NCBI GenBank assembly: GCA_964654925.1
Contig: CAZZKO010000002.1
Span: 9,589-73,588, forward strand
Direction: 5' to 3'
Source: an uncultured Candidatus Bathyarchaeia archaeon
Lineage (GTDB): Archaea; Thermoproteota; Bathyarchaeia; Bathyarchaeales; Bathycorpusculaceae
DNA length: 64,000 nucleotides
Notes under the pieces: model-generated
What the model was told of the DNA's origin: nothing
Database searches by the model: none
Seen by the model: the letters and a program-made list of their open reading frames with translations, nothing else
Translations under genes and position numbers: made by a program
Shown: piece by piece, positions 19,236 to 28,346 of the stretch
Position numbering within the stretch: position 1 is the stretch's first letter
How the letters are laid out: every line of letters begins with the position of its first letter

Positions 19236-20288
19236 ATGCTCAAGTGGGTCTGTTTGGGAGTAAACCTTCGAGACATCGTACCTAAAACCGTTGTAAGGCT
19301 TGAAGATTTAAGCGGAAAATCCATGGCAATAGATGCCTATAATGCACTTTACCAGTTTTTGGCAATAATCCGTCAGCCAGATGGTACCCCACTTAAAGAT
19401 AGCAGCGGGCGAATCACAAGCCATTTAAGCGGCCTTCTTTACAGGACATGCAACCTTGTTGAGCTTGGAATTAAGCCAATATACGTCTTTGACGGGGTTC
19501 CTCCAGCTTTAAAAGAGGCTGAAATTAAAAGGCGAATGAAAGTAAAGGAGGAGGCCCTAATAAAGTATGAACAAGCCCTAAGGGAGGGCAGAATCGAAGA
19601 AGCACGCATGTATGCGCAAGCTACGGCGACGCTTAAAGATTACATGGCTGAAGATAGCAAACGCCTTCTAAATTTAATGGGAATTCCATGGGTTCAGGCT
19701 CCAAGCGAGGGTGAGGCCCAAGCTGCCTACATTGTTAAAAATGGGGATGCTGATTACTGTGCAAGCCAGGATTATGACAGCCTGCTTTTCGGTGCACCCC
19801 GTCTTGTAAGAAATGTTACAATTTCTGGCAAGAGAAAACTTCCTGGAAAAAACGTGTACGTTGAAGTTGTACCTGAAATAGTTGAACTTGACCGCGTGCT
19901 AAAGGAGTGGGAGATAACCCATCAGCAACTAATTGATATAGGCATACTCATAGGGACGGATTATAATCCTGATGGTGTTAAGGGATTAGGTCCTAAGACT
20001 GCTTTGAAGCTGATAAAAGAATATAAGTGTCTTGAAAATGTTCTTCCTCAATTGAAGAATGCAGAGTTTCCAGTGGATCCATTGAAGATTAGAGAGCTTT
20101 TCCTAAAACCTAACGTTACTACTAATTACAAGATAGAGTGGCGGGAGCCGGATATCGAAGGTGTGGTTGACTTTATCTGTGGTGAGAGGGATTTTTCAGA
20201 AGATCGTGTAAGAAAAGCTCTTGAAAAAATGCAGAAAGGACTGGCTAAAATTAAGGGGAAAACAACGCTTGAAAAATGGTTTGGATAG
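19236..20288 (+). CDS. fen1: flap endonuclease 1
   Basis: GVNLRDIVP...AIDAYNALYQFL...SEGEAQAAY...GTDYNPDG. TTG 19254 (MGVNLRD) is the likely true start. Confidence 0.95.
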   Translation: MLKWVCLGVNLRDIVPKTVVRLEDLSGKSMAIDAYNALYQFLAIIRQPDGTPLKDSSGRITSHLSGLLYRTCNLVELGIKPIYVFDGVPPALKEAEIKRRMKVKEEALIKYEQALREGRIEEARMYAQATATLKDYMAEDSKRLLNLMGIPWVQAPSEGEAQAAYIVKNGDADYCASQDYDSLLFGAPRLVRNVTISGKRKLPGKNVYVEVVPEIVELDRVLKEWEITHQQLIDIGILIGTDYNPDGVKGLGPKTALKLIKEYKCLENVLPQLKNAEFPVDPLKIRELFLKPNVTTNYKIEWREPDIEGVVDFICGERDFSEDRVRKALEKMQKGLAKIKGKTTLEKWFG

Positions 20289-20308
20289 CAATCCACTAAT
20301 TAACATAA

Positions 20309-21012
20309 CTAAATTTTGTGGCCATAGCGTCCGGTTAATGGAACAAAAGCCACTCCTCCAAGGTTTTCTTCTATAATTCTGCCGTCGCTTCTTTTTGTGA
20401 TCCTCATTAAGTTTTGAAAAAAGTGCATGCTTCCCACGGGGATAACCATTATTCCTCCAGGCTTTAACTGCTCTAATAGAGGCCTCGGGATTTCAGGCGC
20501 CGCTGCAGTAACTAAAATACGATCATATGGCGCTTTTTCCGGGTAGCCCATGGAACCATTTGCCGATATAATCGTGATGCGGTCGCTGTATCCTGCTTTC
20601 ATGATGTTTTGTCTCGCCATTTCAACTAACGCGCCTATTATCTCAACCGTATATACGTGGCCCCATTCACTTCTAGGCGCATCGCTTGGGGCTACAATCT
20701 CCGCTACTGTCGCGGCATGCCATCCTGACCCTGCACCTACCTCCAACACTTTTTGGCCTACTTCCAACTGGAGGGCTTCATTCATTATTGCGACCATGTC
20801 TCGCCTGGCCAGCTTTCAGCTTGGCCATGTGGCGCAGAAACCGTCTGCCCATATCCAATTGGAAGAGGCGTGTCCGCTGCACTGTATGCTTTCATGTTTT
20901 CCGGTAGAAATTTTGATCGAGGTACAAGGCGCATGGCTCTGATTACTCTCTTGGATCTTAATATGCCTTCTTTTATTAAATTGTCAATAAGTCTATTCCA
21001 TTCTTCTTCCAA
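20309..21012 (-). CDS. pcm: protein-L-isoaspartate O-methyltransferase, interrupted by a 29-nt BHB element
   Basis: The gene reads as exon 1 (21012..20829) and exon 2 (20799..20309). Exon 1 ends ...[14 protein letters not shown] and exon 2 starts [26 protein letters not shown]... Joined, they total 675 nt (224 aa) and give a colinear PIMT. Confidence 0.85.
20800..20828 (-). other. candidate BHB intron within pcm mRNA
   Basis: The sense strand reads CGCC[ACA]UGGCC-A-AGCU-GAA-AGCU-GGCCA GGCG[AGA]CA. This is a 4-bp helix flanked by 3-nt bulges on opposite strands, plus an outer hairpin. Confidence 0.6.
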
Positions 21013-21090
21013 GATTTTTCACCGCCCAATCAGGTTTCATGCGTACATTTTAACATATGTCTAATTTTAGGGAGAAGTGCTTGTTAATGC

Positions 21091-22920
21091 TTACTTCACA
21101 GTCACCGATTTTGCGAGATTTCTTGGCTTATCCGGGTCATATCCTTTTTCAACCGCCATGTAGTATGCAAAAAGCTGCAATGGGACGATGAAAGGTATTG
21201 GCGACAATACATCCGGTATTCCTTTAGGCAACTCTATGTAGTCATCAACCAGTTTTTTTATTTCCTCGTCTCCCTCTTCTATAAGGGCTATTATGGAAGC
21301 CCCTCTTGCTTTCATTTCCATAATGTTCCCAATAATTGTTTTATGCGTTTCATCTCTTGGACAAATGAAAATTACTGGTACACCCTCTTCAATGAGACTT
21401 ATGGGTCCATGTTTGCTTTCACCTGCAGGAAAAGCCATGGCTGGAACATAAGCGATTTCCATAAGTTTTAGTCTGCCTTCATAGGCTGTTGCCGTGCTTA
21501 TTCCCCGCCCCAAAAACATGAAAACTTTAGCGTCTCTGTATTTTTGGGCGAGTTGCCTAACTTTTTCCTCCTGTGTTCTAATCACAGTTTCAACGATGTC
21601 CGGCAACTTTTTCAACTTAGCCTCTATAAAGTCCATTTCATCTTGGGAGATCTTACCCCTTTTCTTTGCTAATCTAAGGGCAAGTTGAGCTAGAACTGAA
21701 AGCTGAGATGTGAAAGTCTTAGTTGCAGCTACGCCTATTTCAGGGCCTGATTGTTGGCATATGTAAACTCTCGAAATTCTGGTCAATGTTGAACCGATAA
21801 CATTTGTTAGCCCTAATATAGTGGCCGCTCTTTGTCGCGCGGCGTTTACCGCTGCGATCGTGTCCGCGGTTTCCCCGGACTGACTCACCGCCAAAATTGT
21901 GCTGTCAATATTAACAGATTTTCCATGTTGCTCTATGAATTCTGATGCTATGACCGGGTATGTAGCCAAAAAAGCAAGTTTGGAAAACATGTAAGATGCG
22001 GCTAAACAAGCATGATAAGATGTTCCGCATGCAACTAGAAAAACCTCGCGGGCGCGATCCAAAAATGTTGCCATCAGATCCAAATAATGCTCCTGCAACC
22101 TAAGGGTGTTTTTTAAGCAGGCTGGCTGTTCATGAATCTCTTTTAACATAAAGTGCTTATAACCTTGCTTAATCGCCATTTCCGGGGTCCAATCAATTAG
22201 CTTAGGCTCCCTCATCACAATGCTTGCGTCTGCTATCTTTCTGATCTCGAAACCTTCAGGCGACAAGACTGCAAATTCGTCATCCTCAACTATTATAACT
22301 TTGTTGGTTAGAGGCAGAAAGGCTGGTATATCTGAAGCACAGTATAACGCGTTTTTTCCTATGCCAATAATGAGTGGGCTTTCCCTTCTGGCGCAGATGA
22401 TCTTGTCAGGCTCTTTAGACGAGATTACAGCGATGGCAAAGGAACCCTGGAGTTTCCTGACGGCTTCAAGAACTGCTTCTGCAAACTTTAAGGAAGGGTT
22501 GCTTTTTAAATTTTCCTCGATGAGGTGAGCTATGACTTCTGTGTCGGTTTTAGATCTGAATACATGACCTTTATTTTCCAATTCAAGTTTTAACTCAGCA
22601 AAGTTTTCAATTATGCCGTTGTGAACTAAAGCTATTTGGTTCCCACAGTCTGTATGGGGATGCGCATTTTCCTGTGTAGGCGCTCCATGCGTAGCCCATC
22701 TTGTATGACCTATCCCAACTCTTCCAGGCAAATCGTCCAGGTTGTGGATTCTATGAATCTCATCAATTTTTCCGCCATCTTTCTTTATGTAGATTTTACC
22801 ATTATGTAATGTCGCTTCTCCGGCTGAATCATAACCCCTGTATTCAAGTCTCTTTAGGGCTTGATGTATAATTGGCGCCGCGGCTCCATCCTTCAATATG
22901 CAGCCAAAGATTCCGCACAT
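21091..22920 (-). CDS. glmS: glutamine--fructose-6-phosphate aminotransferase
   Basis: MCGIFG N-terminal nucleophile, two SIS domains, C-terminal ...NLAKSVTVK. Confidence 0.95.
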   Translation of the reverse strand: MCGIFGCILKDGAAAPIIHQALKRLEYRGYDSAGEATLHNGKIYIKKDGGKIDEIHRIHNLDDLPGRVGIGHTRWATHGAPTQENAHPHTDCGNQIALVHNGIIENFAELKLELENKGHVFRSKTDTEVIAHLIEENLKSNPSLKFAEAVLEAVRKLQGSFAIAVISSKEPDKIICARRESPLIIGIGKNALYCASDIPAFLPLTNKVIIVEDDEFAVLSPEGFEIRKIADASIVMREPKLIDWTPEMAIKQGYKHFMLKEIHEQPACLKNTLRLQEHYLDLMATFLDRAREVFLVACGTSYHACLAASYMFSKLAFLATYPVIASEFIEQHGKSVNIDSTILAVSQSGETADTIAAVNAARQRAATILGLTNVIGSTLTRISRVYICQQSGPEIGVAATKTFTSQLSVLAQLALRLAKKRGKISQDEMDFIEAKLKKLPDIVETVIRTQEEKVRQLAQKYRDAKVFMFLGRGISTATAYEGRLKLMEIAYVPAMAFPAGESKHGPISLIEEGVPVIFICPRDETHKTIIGNIMEMKARGASIIALIEEGDEEIKKLVDDYIELPKGIPDVLSPIPFIVPLQLFAYYMAVEKGYDPDKPRNLAKSVTVK

Positions 22921-23022
22921 TTCTAATCCTCTTTTTCAACTATTTATTTTGGCTTCGCTTTAAATAAGCACTACTTAAGACAAATTTTTCAATTTTTAAA
23001 AGTTTTTGTTAATGTTGATTCT

Positions 23023-23051
23023 CGTAAACTTTGTAGCAACATTTGTTTACG
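23023..23051. promoter_or_regulatory. 7-bp inverted repeat CGTAAAC-N15-GTTTACG upstream of the ArsR-like gene
   Basis: Seen directly in the glmS/arsR-like intergenic region. The operator function is inference only. Confidence 0.2.
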
Positions 23052-23203
23052 CGCGGGAAAACCGACCATAAAAAAGATTTTAATAATGGACGTGATGCTA
23101 CATATGAAAAGACCCATGAACAAAGCGGCGGTAAAGTTTCTTATATGCGACTATGTAAAAGTCCAAATGTTTAAGGATATCAAGATTTTTGAGGATCCAC
23201 AGA

Positions 23204-24054
23204 ATGCTCAAGATGATTCTGAACAGAACCACTTGGAAAATTTTGTCAATGCTTTACGAGAAGGAGAAATATCCGTTGGAAGTGGCCCGGGCTTTAGGAG
23301 TTCATGAACAGAAGGTTTACTATCATATGAGAAAGCTGTTAAAGGCTGGGGTGGTGATCCTGGCTAGGCAGGAGGAGAGAAAAGGGCTATTGCTAAATAT
23401 TAAAGGTAATTATCCCGCTTTTGGAATAGAGTTTCCTCAGGGATACAAGCCTATTGAAAGGCTTCCGTCATCATTATTATTTATTGGTGGTCATAGTCCA
23501 GTGCGAAAGTTTTTTAGCGAATTCATAGATCAGCATGGGATTTTCAATGGGAAAATTATTGTGGGAAGTCCAATACCTCATGGTTCTTTTAGGACAAGCG
23601 CTAGGGATGACCATTATGCCAGTCACTTGGCTTTCTTCTTAGGGCAGTTTATTAAAATGCCCGCCGATTTTTCCGTGAAGTTGGACGTTGATGTGAAAGT
23701 AGAATAAGGAAGAGAAGAATAATCTGGTGCTCGTAGGCGGGCCGGGAACAAATCTTTTGACGCAGGAGCTTAACGATTATCTCCCCGTGAAGTTTAATAT
23801 GATGCCATCCGAGCAGGGTTATCTTTTCGGCGGTTTTGTGTCTCAAAAAACTAGACGTGTTTATGTTGCAGACTCTGTTGGTGTTGTGGCGAAAATAGTT
23901 AATCCGTGGGATTCCAACAAGAGGGTTATAGTGCTTGCTGGAAACAGGGCGGTGGGCACCAAAGCATGCGTTCTGGCTTTGACGAACTTCTGGAAAAACC
24001 CTTAGGGATTATAAAGGCGAGGACACTTTTGCGAAAGTCATACAGGGTTATGGC
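23204..24054 (+). pseudogene. ArsR-like wHTH protein with S-layer-type (VGGP) C-terminal domain, two +1 frame breaks
   Basis: The protein runs across three frames: ILSMLYEKEKYPLEVARALGVHEQKVYYHMRKL..., then NLVLVGGPGTNLL..., then LRDYKGEDTFAKVIQGYGMDGDGRVDSIEILE. The breaks lie near 23702 and 24000. Confidence 0.55.
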
Positions 24055-24567
24055 ATGGACGGCGACGGAAGGGTTGATTCCATAGAAATTCTCGAATATT
24101 TATTCAAGCAAGAAATCACCATCTCCCATGAGCTGATCACCTTGGAGGCATCCGAAGTAATTATAGCCTATGGGCATGAGAATGTCCAAGCTACCCATCG
24201 ATCAACTTTGGAGATTACCAAGGAGAGTCATCTATCTAAACAAGGAGATTGCATAATCGCTGTTTCCGCCAGCAAGGGTCTGGCGGAATTAAGCGATACT
24301 TTTAAAGAAGCCTTACGTAAGCACGGCTCCAAATTAACTATTGTAATTGAGGCTGGGGGAGTAAGCGATGTGATAAATGCCTTTGGAAGCCCTCTACTTA
24401 TTCTGTCCCATCCTACAGAAATGGTCGTGAGAAAGAGCAGTTATGTGTGTAGGCGCACTTTAGCCATCCAAGCGGATAAAGCCGCATGTGATCTTTCAAA
24501 GGCTCTTGTTGAAAAACTTAAAACCCCTGGGGAAGAGGTTCGTATAACGTTGACAGTTAGGGTTTAA
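24055..24567 (+). CDS. DUF371 domain protein
   Basis: AYGHENVQATHRSTLEITKE...GDCIIAVSA. The DUF371 core begins near 24130. The ORF's first ~25 codons look like the tail of the upstream gene. Confidence 0.7.
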   Translation: MDGDGRVDSIEILEYLFKQEITISHELITLEASEVIIAYGHENVQATHRSTLEITKESHLSKQGDCIIAVSASKGLAELSDTFKEALRKHGSKLTIVIEAGGVSDVINAFGSPLLILSHPTEMVVRKSSYVCRRTLAIQADKAACDLSKALVEKLKTPGEEVRITLTVRV

Positions 24568-25640
24568 AGCACTTCCATATCTAGTACTATTTGCCACTCG
24601 TAAGGTGCTGTTTCACGAACATTCCTTGAAAATAGGAACCTCTTTACTTTTCTTCCAGCCTTCTCAACTTCTTTTTGAAGACGAATTTTTAAGTTTTCAA
24701 TAGAATCCGAGGCTTTTACAAAAGTGTAAAAGTGTATTGTGCCCCCTTCAGGTTTTATTGTTTTGCATGCAGCGTCTAAAAATTCTATGGCCTTCTCAGG
24801 TAGATTCATTATTACCCGGTCTGCAATGCCTTTGAGCCTATCCTCAACAACCTGTTTCGCGTCTCCGAGTATCGGGTGAACCTTATTTTCAACTCTATTC
24901 AGCCTAATGTTTCTCTTTAGAAGCTCGAATGCGCTTGGATTTATGTCTATGGCATAAACCCTGACGTTTTCATGAGTTTTAGCAATCAATATTGAGAAAG
25001 GGCCTACTCCGGCAAACATGTCCACAACTGTTTCATTCTCTTTAACCAAGGAAGCTATGCGGCTGTGTTCATATGAAAGGCGTGGCGAGAAGTAAACCTT
25101 AGCTAAGTCTATGTAATATTTACATCCATGCTCTTTATGTATAGTTTCAGTTTTAAGTTCACCTGCAATGAGGGTGAATTCTCTAAGGCGATAAGTTCCA
25201 GTTATCGCGCTAGCTTTGGCTAAAACTGTGCGGATTCCCTTGTGCGCCTGCAGAATCGCATAGCCTAAATCATTTTTATATGGTTCAAGTTCCGGGGCAA
25301 TTTCGATTATTGCTATGTCTCCTATGATATCCATAGATTTAGGAATACTTGCAAATAAGTATGGTGGAAGTTTGCTCTCAAGAAGTTCCAAAAATGTTTT
25401 TGGTTTTTCTCTAGGGGGAAAAGTGTAGTCAATAACCTCCATGTTCATGATGTTCCTTTTGAGAATTTCATATTCTTCTTGGGTTGGATCCCGGTTTAAG
25501 GGTATGTAAACGTGACTGCCGTTCCTCTGAACCGCTAATTCATCATCGACTATTTTAAGCATATGGGCTATTCTTATTGCTTTTTCGCCTTCTGTCTTAG
25601 GAACCTTGAGACATCGAGATTTTTTGGGCATAAATTTCAT
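24564..25640 (-). CDS. trm5: tRNA (guanine37-N1)-methyltransferase Trm5/Taw22 family
   Basis: Met-10+ like fold: VVDMFAGVGPFSI...AIDINP...NLP. Confidence 0.85.
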   Translation of the reverse strand: MKFMPKKSRCLKVPKTEGEKAIRIAHMLKIVDDELAVQRNGSHVYIPLNRDPTQEEYEILKRNIMNMEVIDYTFPPREKPKTFLELLESKLPPYLFASIPKSMDIIGDIAIIEIAPELEPYKNDLGYAILQAHKGIRTVLAKASAITGTYRLREFTLIAGELKTETIHKEHGCKYYIDLAKVYFSPRLSYEHSRIASLVKENETVVDMFAGVGPFSILIAKTHENVRVYAIDINPSAFELLKRNIRLNRVENKVHPILGDAKQVVEDRLKGIADRVIMNLPEKAIEFLDAACKTIKPEGGTIHFYTFVKASDSIENLKIRLQKEVEKAGRKVKRFLFSRNVRETAPYEWQIVLDMEVL

Positions 25641-25727
25641 AACTTCTTGGTTTCACAATTTTATGATCAAGCAGTTTCAAAATTGTATTTATTTAATTCT
25701 CTCCTATTATGATGTTGAGGTGTTTTG

Positions 25728-26306
25728 TTAACTTTCTAATTCGGCCCTGCAGTCTTCACAAATGAATTCTCCATTCCTTTCCTTTAGGTTGTCTGACCAT
25801 CCTCCACATCTGTCACAGTATCCTGTTAAGGAGGCTCCCTCTTCCGTTGCCACTTGTGCCATATGCTCTCTTTCAATTATGGCTTTTTCTTGGATTGTTT
25901 CCAAGAGCTCGGGCATCACACTTAGGATATCCTTGCTTGAAATTAATCCAATCAGTTGCCCTTTATATGTCACTCCAAGTCTCCTAATGTTCAATCTATT
26001 CATTTTTCTTGCTGCTTCATTTATTGTTTCGTCAGGCTCTATTGTTATTAATGGACTAGACATAACATCTTTGGCCTTCACTGATTCTGGTTTTATGTTT
26101 TTAGCGAGAATCCTTGTGACTAGGTCTCTCTCCGTTATGATCCCGATGGGTTTTCCATCTTTTCCTGTCACAATTATGCAGCCTAATTCATGTTTGTCCA
26201 TCAGTTCGGCGACATGGTTTATTGGCGCATTCTCGTCAACTGTTATCACTGGGTTACTCATGACATCTTTGACTAGCATTCTTGGTCTTAATCCTATTTC
26301 TGCCAT
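25728..26306 (-). CDS. CBS-pair domain protein with C-terminal zinc ribbon
   Basis: Two CBS repeats (VMSNPVITV..., VMSSPLITI...) and CDRCG...CEDC. Confidence 0.8.
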   Translation of the reverse strand: MAEIGLRPRMLVKDVMSNPVITVDENAPINHVAELMDKHELGCIIVTGKDGKPIGIITERDLVTRILAKNIKPESVKAKDVMSSPLITIEPDETINEAARKMNRLNIRRLGVTYKGQLIGLISSKDILSVMPELLETIQEKAIIEREHMAQVATEEGASLTGYCDRCGGWSDNLKERNGEFICEDCRAELES

Positions 26307-26439
26307 TGCCCTCAGCCGATATCCTTTCTCAACTCAATTCAAATTAAACATGCATTTAAAACTTGTCATATCTTTAGAATAAAGTTTCTGCAAGAAGAAA
26401 CATATATGACGGATAAAATTTGGCTAATTTGAGATATGC

Positions 26440-27326
26440 ATGTTGAGGACAAACGTGGATAAGTTGGTGAAAATCTCCGTAATTGGTGAAGTTGCGAGTC
26501 CAGTGTATCGAAATGTTTACAATGTCTCAGCTGAAGGGGTTCCCATGGTCTTGCCTTGTGTAGGAGAATAACCTACAATGTTAGGGTTGGTGATACTGCG
26601 TGTGGTTGAGAAGCTGATCATGTAGAGCCTGAAGTTAGCGTAGAAAACAAGGAAAATGACCCGAGTTTTGGACGAGGGGCAAATGTTGCCCTCAATTTGC
26701 TTTCATGTGTTGGTAATGAGGCCATTGTGGTTTCAGGAGATGCTAAGGGTGCAAGGGGTGTTGTGACGGTAAGCATGGCGGGATAGAACACGTGCTTGTT
26801 GACTTCCCGCCTGAGGTTCTTGAAAAGCTTGTGATCGGTGATAAAGTACTAGTGAAGGCTTTCGGAGTTATCTTAAAACTTTTAGACTTTCCGGGAGTCA
26901 AGGTTATGAATATGGACCCTCGCTTCCTTGATGCTTTGGGCATAAGGGCTATTGGAGATAAACTTGAGATTCCTGTGACACATGTTATTCCCGCGGCAAT
27001 TATGGGTTCAGGTTTAGGAGCGAATCAAACCTACACGGGCGATTATGATATTCAACTTTTTGATGAAGGTATCTGCAGGAATATGGTCTTGATGATCTCC
27101 GACTCGGCGATCTTGTGGCCATTCTCGATGCTGACCATTCGTATGGAAGAATTATATCGAAAAGGCGCGGTTTTCTGTTGGTATAGTAGTGCATGCAAAC
27201 TGTATGACTTCAGGCCATGGGCCAGGTGTGACAACACTGTTCACTTCAGCGTCGGGCAAAATTATTCCAAAAATAGACTCAAAAGCTAACATAGCTTATG
27301 TGCTGAAGCTAAGGACAGATATATAA
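26440..27326 (+). pseudogene. DUF4438-family gene, heavily decayed
   Basis: A protein-like reading is recoverable only by switching frame near 26565, 26768, 27080, 27153 and 27170. There is also an in-frame TGA at 26607..26609 where Trp fits (ACG*EADHVEP). Confidence 0.7.
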
Positions 27327-27376
27327 GTGAGTGAATGCTATCCTCTCATAGTAAATTATAATGGACTGTTGAGATT

Positions 27377-27667
27377 ATGCCATATAAAAGGAGGAGTCGG
27401 GGAAGATCGAAAGGCGCCAAAGGAAGAAGTGGTTTCGTCCAATGTGCAAACTGTGGTGAGCTGGTGCCAAGAGATAAAGCCAAGAAAGTTACCCGTCGAG
27501 TATCCTTAGTTGATCCTGCCTTGGCCAGGGAACTTCGCCAGAAGGGCGCCTACATATCAGCTCCTGTTGATACTAAATATTATTGCATTTCATGTGCTGT
27601 TCATTATGGCATAGTTAAGGTTAGGGCTAGGGAAGAACGTAAGCTCCGCACTAGCAGAAAATTCTAG
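27377..27667 (+). CDS. rps26e: 30S ribosomal protein S26e
   Basis: RRSRGRSKGAKGRSGFVQCANCGELVPRDKAKK...YCISCAVH. Confidence 0.9.
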   Translation: MPYKRRSRGRSKGAKGRSGFVQCANCGELVPRDKAKKVTRRVSLVDPALARELRQKGAYISAPVDTKYYCISCAVHYGIVKVRAREERKLRTSRKF

Positions 27668-28265
27668 TTTGTGGTTTTCCTCTTTTCTTTAGAATTTTAT
27701 GTGCATAAATACTCCTTTGTATAACTGTGAGGTTTGTAAGAATTGCTAGTAGTATAATGCCAACTTCTAATGCCCCTGCCCAAAAAATCTCCATTATGCT
27801 TGTTGTTGCAAGAATTATTATTCGCTCCGCTCTTTCTGCAATTCCCACGGTCTCCATTTTGACAGCAAGAGCCTCCGCCCTTGCTCTTGAGTAGCTTACA
27901 AGCAATGAACCGATAAGTGCCGCTAGCCCCCACATTGGCGAACATAATCCCCCAAGAATTACCCCTGCATAAACTATGGCATCTGAATATCTGTCCAATA
28001 GCGAATCAAGGAATCCTCCGAAGGGTGTTTCCTTTCCATGCAGCCTTGCTAGGGCTCCATCTAAGATGTCGCAATATCCTGATAGCAGCATAAAAATCAC
28101 TGCTGGGGTGAGCCATTTGTGTCCATTAACGTAAGCCGTTGCTGATAGAAATGCTAAAACTGCTCCAATAGCGCTTACAATGTTGGGCGTTAAACCTATC
28201 TTATTGGCTATTTTTGCCTGTCCGGCTATGATTAACTGCACTTTAGCCTTAATTTTTGTCAGCAT
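27651..28265 (-). CDS. CDP-alcohol phosphatidyltransferase family protein
   Basis: DILDGALARL...GGFLDSLLDRYSD motif, multiple TM helices. Confidence 0.85.
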   Translation of the reverse strand: MLTKIKAKVQLIIAGQAKIANKIGLTPNIVSAIGAVLAFLSATAYVNGHKWLTPAVIFMLLSGYCDILDGALARLHGKETPFGGFLDSLLDRYSDAIVYAGVILGGLCSPMWGLAALIGSLLVSYSRARAEALAVKMETVGIAERAERIIILATTSIMEIFWAGALEVGIILLAILTNLTVIQRSIYAHKILKKRGKPQTRIFC

Positions 28266-28346
28266 ATGTTTCAGATTTCTGTGCTGCTAATCTTTTTAAA
28301 ATTGACGTAGTAGTTGTTAGTTATAATCATCCTTGGAGGACTTTGT

